Part shown: piece after piece, positions 35,670 through 40,848 of the stretch
Position numbering within the stretch: position 1 is the first letter of the stretch
How the letters are laid out: each line of letters begins with the position of its first letter
Source: an uncultured Candidatus Sumerlaeota bacterium
GTDB taxonomy: Bacteria > Sumerlaeota > Sumerlaeia > MWCT01 > JAUWMI01
Assembly (NCBI GenBank): GCA_964630455.1
Contig: CAZVVA010000005.1
Span: forward strand, 1 to 40,848
Direction: 5' to 3'
Length of the DNA: 40,848 nt
Translations under genes and position numbers: made by a program
Notes under the pieces: model-generated
Database searches by the model: none
The model's input: only the letters and a program-made list of their open reading frames with translations
What the model was told of the DNA's origin: nothing

Positions 35670-38006
35670 TCACTCATCCTCGGCAGCCCCAAGAGAATTT
35701 TGGATCGTAAATCTCTGCCGGACCGCTTGTCCACTCTTGTTCACCACCTCGACCGCCACATTTGTCTTCTCCTCGCCTTCTGTTACAGGCAATATCCCGG
35801 AAATCAGCCCATTCTGTGAATTAATGCGTAACCATTCAGGTGCTTCAACCAGTAAGAACTGGAGCTCTTCCTTGTTCCAGAACCCGGTGAAATATTTCCC
35901 CTTGTCCCATCTGCACCGCAGATCGCCGATGGAGCACAGCGATTTCACCTGGTACGCATAGTGGGCACCGGGCGATGCCATGGTGACCGGCCTGGAGTAA
36001 ATGAACGGATGATCCAATTCGATGAAATCCGATGGCCCGCTCCGGACCTGACCTTGATCAACGGCGACAATGCGGTAAAAGACACGGTTCATGTTCGGAT
36101 GAAGGGCCTTCGCATCAACAACAGTAAAGGTGCTACTTGTGCTGGTGGTGATGAAATTTGCTTCAACCGTCCCCAGGTCGCGTACTTCGTACGCTTCCTT
36201 GCTGATACTAAAACCCTGCTCGTTACTCCCATATAGCTCATAGAACATAGGAGTGGCCCCCTGGGGATTTGGCTTCCAGCTTATGCGAATTGTGCGGCCT
36301 TGAACGGTTTTTTGCAGATCAATGGGCACACCAGGGCCGTCTGGAACGAAGGACCACACGGGACTCCATACTCCCCACAAACCACGCTCATCGCGCGGTC
36401 TGACTCTCCAGTAGTAACGCGTGCCAGGATTCAGAAGCCCGTTGTATGGAGGACGCCATTCCGATTTCACGCCTGCAAGAGTTCTGCTCATCAGTTTGTT
36501 GAAATTCCCTGACAGAGGCCAGCGCATGTCCGGGCGATCGCTAAGTTGAAAATGGTAGTCCGCGATGGTGTCGCCGTCGGCATCCGAGGCATCCGGCCAG
36601 TCAAATAGCGGCTGCAATCCATTGCAGCGCTCCCCATCCGGAGGGAAGATCGGCTTAGCAAGAATCACAGGAGCGGAGTTACTATCATCTTCCTGCCATA
36701 CATAGGTAATGCGAATCTGGCGCGGGCCAGTATTCTTATCAGTGTATCGTATCGCGTTCCGGCCAAGTTCAAGCGCGGGCAAAGAGAGTGGCGCCATTTG
36801 AATATCCGTATCGAGGAGCACGTCGGAAATCAGAACATCGCTCACCTGGTTCTTAGCCAGAAACTCAAACCGGACAAAGTACGCGTACTTTGCGGCCGAC
36901 GTGTTCGGATCAATGTAGCGATCCAGCGCCTCGTCGCACTGAAGAACACCCGTTCCCGAAGCTTCCCAGACCGGAATCCAATGCTTGCGGTCGAATGAGA
37001 TGAAAGCTCGGACAGTATCTGCTTCCGAAAGGCGTTTCACCGTGACATTAAGTCGCGCGCCAATCATGACATACGGACTGCGCACGCTGAACAGAACAGT
37101 TGATCGCTTCCCCGCGAGTTTGCTTCGTAGAAACACCTGGTTTGCCTCATCCACGTACAGCTCCACATTTACAGCACTCTCTGCAATCTTCCTAAGCGCA
37201 GAAGCTCTCTTCAAAGGCCGATAAATCAGTTTGCCGTTGCAAATGCAATGCCAGGCTTTCCATCGTTTCGGATTCTGACGGCCAAAAAACTTTCCAATGT
37301 TATCCCATTGGTAAACCAGCGCCTCGCCAGGCCGTAAGGTCAGTGTCATCTGGTGCCCGTGCACGGGCTTAAGACTACGATACGCGGTAGATGGGCTTAC
37401 ATATAGTGATGCAACAAATTCATCGCGATCCCGATTATCGCGGGCAAGAATCCCATAATTATGTGTGCGCTTCGTCAGATCGTGATCCCTAACCAGGCCA
37501 GGGTTGCTGAGAATCGTAGAATTGTCGCGTCCGAGATAGAAGGTTCCCAAGTCCCCATCCAGCAAGTGATACGCCCCATCGTAAAAAACCTCTGAGATAC
37601 AATGGCCTACGGGGAAGTATTTCGCAACCTTCAGCCCTGCCAGCTGCCACAGGGTGCCCAACACGATGTAGTCATCATAGCATAGGGTAAAGCCAAAGAT
37701 ATTGTATACTTTCACCGGATCGCGATTGTCTGGCATGTCAACAGTCGCATGAAGGCGATGGGCACAGTGAAATTCAAGAATAGCCCGTGCCTTTTCAGCA
37801 TCAGTCATTCCCTCTTCAAGGATTTCGGCCAGGATCTCCTTGACTGATCTCCAATTGCGTTTGCCGTTCACGGTAATATATGGATCTACAATCGGTTCGC
37901 TGCCAATGTTCTCCAATACCACTTGAATATTCGGCTCAAAGGTCTTGGAAAATGCTCCATATCCTATTGGCCCCCGGGTATTAATGCCGTCCATTGTCCC
38001 GTCCAT
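35670..38006 (-). CDS. Multidomain, probably secreted protein: transglutaminase-like Cys-His-Asp core plus FN3-like and Ig-like domains
   Basis: 778-aa ORF. FGFTLCYDD...VGHCISEVFYDGAYHLLDGD fits the transglutaminase-core C/H/D spacing. GVPIDLQKTVQGRTIRISWKPNPQGATPMFYELYGS is FN3-like. The C-terminal WLRINSQNGLISGILPV... is putative-Ig-like. The true start may lie upstream (up to 38165); see findings. Confidence 0.55.
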   Translation of the reverse strand: MDGTMDGINTRGPIGYGAFSKTFEPNIQVVLENIGSEPIVDPYITVNGKRNWRSVKEILAEILEEGMTDAEKARAILEFHCAHRLHATVDMPDNRDPVKVYNIFGFTLCYDDYIVLGTLWQLAGLKVAKYFPVGHCISEVFYDGAYHLLDGDLGTFYLGRDNSTILSNPGLVRDHDLTKRTHNYGILARDNRDRDEFVASLYVSPSTAYRSLKPVHGHQMTLTLRPGEALVYQWDNIGKFFGRQNPKRWKAWHCICNGKLIYRPLKRASALRKIAESAVNVELYVDEANQVFLRSKLAGKRSTVLFSVRSPYVMIGARLNVTVKRLSEADTVRAFISFDRKHWIPVWEASGTGVLQCDEALDRYIDPNTSAAKYAYFVRFEFLAKNQVSDVLISDVLLDTDIQMAPLSLPALELGRNAIRYTDKNTGPRQIRITYVWQEDDSNSAPVILAKPIFPPDGERCNGLQPLFDWPDASDADGDTIADYHFQLSDRPDMRWPLSGNFNKLMSRTLAGVKSEWRPPYNGLLNPGTRYYWRVRPRDERGLWGVWSPVWSFVPDGPGVPIDLQKTVQGRTIRISWKPNPQGATPMFYELYGSNEQGFSISKEAYEVRDLGTVEANFITTSTSSTFTVVDAKALHPNMNRVFYRIVAVDQGQVRSGPSDFIELDHPFIYSRPVTMASPGAHYAYQVKSLCSIGDLRCRWDKGKYFTGFWNKEELQFLLVEAPEWLRINSQNGLISGILPVTEGEEKTNVAVEVVNKSGQAVRQRFTIQNSLGAAEDE

Positions 38007-38204
38007 ATGAATCCAGTAGGTATGCGGCGACTCGGCGATTACTTCTGTATGCGATTTCGCACCAAACCCGGTAAGAGGGGAGCTAACAATGAGGAGTAAG
38101 ACAAGCGTCTTGCATAGCAGGCTAAGGCTGCGAGATTGGCTCTGATATCCGATATTCCGATGAATCGCCCGGCTCCTTTACACGGAATTGCCCGATATCT
38201 CGGC

Positions 38205-40112
38205 TCACGAACAGTACTTCTCATACCATTTTGCGAACATAAACAGCGTCCACAGCTGTTTGCGATTGTCCTTACGGCCAGCAAAGTGCTCATCCATCAG
38301 ACCACGGACGTATGCCGGTTGAAACAATCCCTGCTGCTTGAGCTTTGACTCCTGAAACAAGTCGAGCAACACAGGTTTCAAATCATGCTTAAACCACTCA
38401 GCAATAGGAACACCAAATCCCTTTTTTCGCCGATGGATAATGTCACGGGGAAGCTTCGACTGCATCGCCCGTTTTAATATGTATTTCGTTGTAAACCCAC
38501 GGAGCTTCAGGTCGTGCGGAATAGTATTAACAAATTCCACAACGTTCACATCGAGGAACGGCGCACGCACTTCGAGTGAATTGGCCATGCTGGTCCGATC
38601 AACTTTCACCAGAATGTCGTCCTGCAGATAGAGTTTGCAGTAAAGATAGATGATTCCATCGAGCTCATGCTTAATGGGAATCTGGCGCAGATAGTTGTCA
38701 ATAACACAAAACGGATTATGCGAATTAGTAGCCACGTATGCATCCGGGGTGAGAAGTGGACGCTGGCGGTCCGGCGGAAACGAACCGAGCCAGGCAAAAT
38801 GGCGCTGCCCGTAATGATAGTCCATTTCAGAGAGAAACTGTTTGACAATGAAGTCGAGACTAATGTTCCGGGACGATACCGGGAGCATCCGTGCCACACT
38901 GCGCAGCCCCTTGATCATAAACATAGGCAGCTTCTCCAGGTACTTTGCCGGATAATGGGCGAGAAAAGGATCGTAGCCTGCAAAAAGCTCATCTCCCCCA
39001 TCGCCGCCCAGCGCCACAGTTACGTGTTTGCGCGTAAACCGCGACAGGAGAAACGTGGGAATGACGGAAGGATCGCCAAACGGTTCATCCAGATTATCGC
39101 AAACTTCGGGCAGGATGTCGAGCAGCGTTTCCGGCTTCAGCACTTCTTCATAGTGGTCTGTTTGAAAGAGATTAGCTATCCGCCGGGCATATGCAGATTC
39201 ATCAAATGATTTCTCACTAAAACCAATGGCAAAGGTCTTAATGTCCTTTGACGGCATGAGCTCCGCCATCATAGCGACCACGGAGCTGGAATCAATACCG
39301 CCACTGAGAAAAACGCCGAGCGGCACGTCACTAATCAGGCGCAGCTGCACTGCTTCCTTAAATCGCCGAAGGAATTCTTCCGTAATCTCCTGGATAGGCC
39401 GCTGCACAGGTTTAAATTCTATGTCCCAGTACTGCCGTGGGATGATTTCTCGCCGGATCGCCCATGGCTGCTTCATATCAACGACAAAATAGTGGCCGGG
39501 TTCCAGCTTAAAAATCCCTTCGAAAATCGTTGCCGGGGCTGGAACGTATTCAAAAGCAAGATACTTGCTGAGACTCTCGAGCGAGAGTGATCTGCGGACT
39601 TCGGGATGCAGGATCAGAGCCTTGAGTTCAGACGCAAACACCATATGATTATTCATCACGGTATAATAGAGTGGCTTTTTGCCCATGCGGTCGCGTGCGC
39701 AGAACAGCCGCTCCTGCTTCTTGTCCCAGATAGCAAATGCAAACATACCATTGAGCGACTTGAGGCAATCTACATCTTCCTCTTCGTACAGATGAACGAT
39801 GACCTCGGTATCCGAGTGAGTCTTGAAGACGTGGCGTCCGGTTTTCTCCAGGCGGGCTTTAATGTCGGGGAAATTGTAGATCTCGCCATTAAAGACGATG
39901 GCAATGCTGTCATCTTCGTTAAAGAGCGGCTGGTGTCCGCCGGCGAGATCAATAATGCTAAGGCGGCGCTGTCCGAGCGCCACATAACTATCAAAAAAAA
40001 CCCCCTGGTCATCAGGCCCGCGATGCCTGATTGCCAGGCACATTCGCTCGAGAACTTCAGGCGGTGGAATTGCTCCCCGATTAAGATGCAAATATCCGCA
40101 AATGCCACACAT
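38205..40112 (-). CDS. asnB: Asparagine synthase (glutamine-hydrolysing), EPS-locus type
   Basis: The ORF track opens at 40172, but Ntn-amidotransferases need Cys2, and MCGICGY begins at 40112. Other motifs: IVFNGEIYN, FLSGGIDSS (PP-loop), LGGDGGDELFAGY. Confidence 0.9.
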   Translation of the reverse strand: MCGICGYLHLNRGAIPPPEVLERMCLAIRHRGPDDQGVFFDSYVALGQRRLSIIDLAGGHQPLFNEDDSIAIVFNGEIYNFPDIKARLEKTGRHVFKTHSDTEVIVHLYEEEDVDCLKSLNGMFAFAIWDKKQERLFCARDRMGKKPLYYTVMNNHMVFASELKALILHPEVRRSLSLESLSKYLAFEYVPAPATIFEGIFKLEPGHYFVVDMKQPWAIRREIIPRQYWDIEFKPVQRPIQEITEEFLRRFKEAVQLRLISDVPLGVFLSGGIDSSSVVAMMAELMPSKDIKTFAIGFSEKSFDESAYARRIANLFQTDHYEEVLKPETLLDILPEVCDNLDEPFGDPSVIPTFLLSRFTRKHVTVALGGDGGDELFAGYDPFLAHYPAKYLEKLPMFMIKGLRSVARMLPVSSRNISLDFIVKQFLSEMDYHYGQRHFAWLGSFPPDRQRPLLTPDAYVATNSHNPFCVIDNYLRQIPIKHELDGIIYLYCKLYLQDDILVKVDRTSMANSLEVRAPFLDVNVVEFVNTIPHDLKLRGFTTKYILKRAMQSKLPRDIIHRRKKGFGVPIAEWFKHDLKPVLLDLFQESKLKQQGLFQPAYVRGLMDEHFAGRKDNRKQLWTLFMFAKWYEKYCS

Positions 40113-40192
40113 AAACTTCGCTATACCATTCTCGCCAGGCCGAATGGCGCAGTGACTTTGCCCTTCTGCCAATTACCCGGCAGTGGGCATCA

Positions 40193-40848
40193 TCACCGCG
40201 GCCCTGCTGGCTGGTCACTGGTTTTCTCTTCTAGATTGTGCTTCTCTCGAACTAAATATGTCGGTTTGTCTTGTGATTCATAATACAGCCGTATGGAAAG
40301 CTCAGCTATCAAACCCATAAGGATCGAGCTAAAACCGAGCACAAAAAGCAGTACTGTCAGCAGTGGGAGTGGGGTTTCAATGAACGAGGTGCCGCGAAAA
40401 CACTTCAGGTACACTGCGTAGAGTCCCGACAAAAACCCTCCTGCGAAGCATAAGAGGCCCAAGCCTCCAAAGACATGGATTGGCCTATGGGCGTAATCGC
40501 TCAGGAATTTAACCACAATCAAATCGAGAATCACTTTAGGAACTCGCCAGAAGCCATACTTTGAGCGGCCAAACTTGCGCGGGTTATGATGTACCACCAC
40601 TTCAGCCACCCTTGCTCCTTGCCAGGCAGCAAAAATAGGAATGAATCGGTGCATTTCGCCATACAGCCGAACGTCCTTGATTGCATCCCGCCGATATGCC
40701 TTCAGCGTGCACCCATAGTCGTGCAGATGAACCCCACTAATCACTGAAATGATCTTGTTGGCGATCCTTGAAGGCAGCACACGCGTAAGCGCCCGATCCT
40801 TGCGATCCTTGCGCCAGCCACTTGCAACGTCGTATCCCTTCGCTAATT
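40193..40848 (-). CDS. GT2 polyprenyl-phosphate sugar synthase-like glycosyltransferase (GtrB/ArnC/DPM1-like); 5' end lies outside the window
   Basis: The reading frame stays open to the window edge (...LAKGYDVASGWRKDRKDRALTRVLPSRIANKIISVISGVHLHDYGCTLKAYRR...). This is followed by two C-terminal transmembrane helices, as in GtrB/ArnC-type enzymes. Confidence 0.75.
   Translation of the reverse strand, partial: LAKGYDVASGWRKDRKDRALTRVLPSRIANKIISVISGVHLHDYGCTLKAYRRDAIKDVRLYGEMHRFIPIFAAWQGARVAEVVVHHNPRKFGRSKYGFWRVPKVILDLIVVKFLSDYAHRPIHVFGGLGLLCFAGGFLSGLYAVYLKCFRGTSFIETPLPLLTVLLFVLGFSSILMGLIAELSIRLYYESQDKPTYLVREKHNLEEKTSDQPAGPR

Noticed and set aside
39606-40283. 225-aa plus-strand ORF overlapping asnB, and the 20-codon N-terminal extension of asnB (40113-40172)
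   Set aside because: The plus-strand ORF is antisense to asnB. The extension is incompatible with the mandatory N-terminal Cys of Ntn amidotransferases, since MCGICG starts at 40112.
1-40848. CRISPR arrays, tRNA/rRNA genes, and toxin-antitoxin or restriction-type defence genes
   Set aside because: There are no regularly spaced short direct repeats. No cloverleaf-like or rRNA-like segments were seen on inspection. No nuclease, helicase or methylase-of-DNA signatures were seen either; the methyltransferases present are of small-molecule/sugar type in a glycan context.

Overview
This is a bacterial chromosomal window; the taxon cannot be determined from the sequence alone. I can support about 32 features.

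**1-11.1 kb (housekeeping-like).** It holds a PP2C phosphatase, an aldo/keto reductase with a C-terminal 4Fe-4S domain, lgt, an AGCS alanine/glycine:cation symporter and a 740-aa polytopic membrane protein. It also holds a DnaE-family (Pol III alpha) homolog. Its PHP domain and C-terminal landmarks are recognisable, but by manual alignment its polymerase catalytic motifs are degenerate. This is the most interesting single gene in the window.

**11.1-19.7 kb (one minus-strand glycan operon).** In transcription order:
- a CE4-like deacetylase
- a sugar-1-P nucleotidyltransferase
- an SDR dehydratase/epimerase
- a 995-aa ArnT/PMT-like GT-C membrane glycosyltransferase fused to CBM-like beta-sandwich domains
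- a frameshifted duplicate of that protein's last domain
- a GH-like TIM-barrel protein

**~20.1-34.5 kb (mosaic polysaccharide island).** This stretch is visibly AT-richer than both flanks. It carries four SAM methyltransferases, a Wzx-like flippase, several GT4/GT2 glycosyltransferases and an SDR with a Cys4 zinc-ribbon insertion. Its junctions are marked by gene wrecks: a truncated GT4, an IS1595-type transposase tail, and an orphan frameshifted 3' end of a GT2 paralog.

**34.5-40.8 kb (minus strand).** It holds a GT4, a transglutaminase-like/FN3/Ig multidomain protein whose signal peptide appears to lie upstream of the first canonical start codon, AsnB, and a partial GtrB/DPM-like GT2.

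A structured, modular intergenic repeat occurs three times. No rRNA, tRNA or CRISPR array was seen. All homology calls come from motif recognition by eye, and no database search was run.
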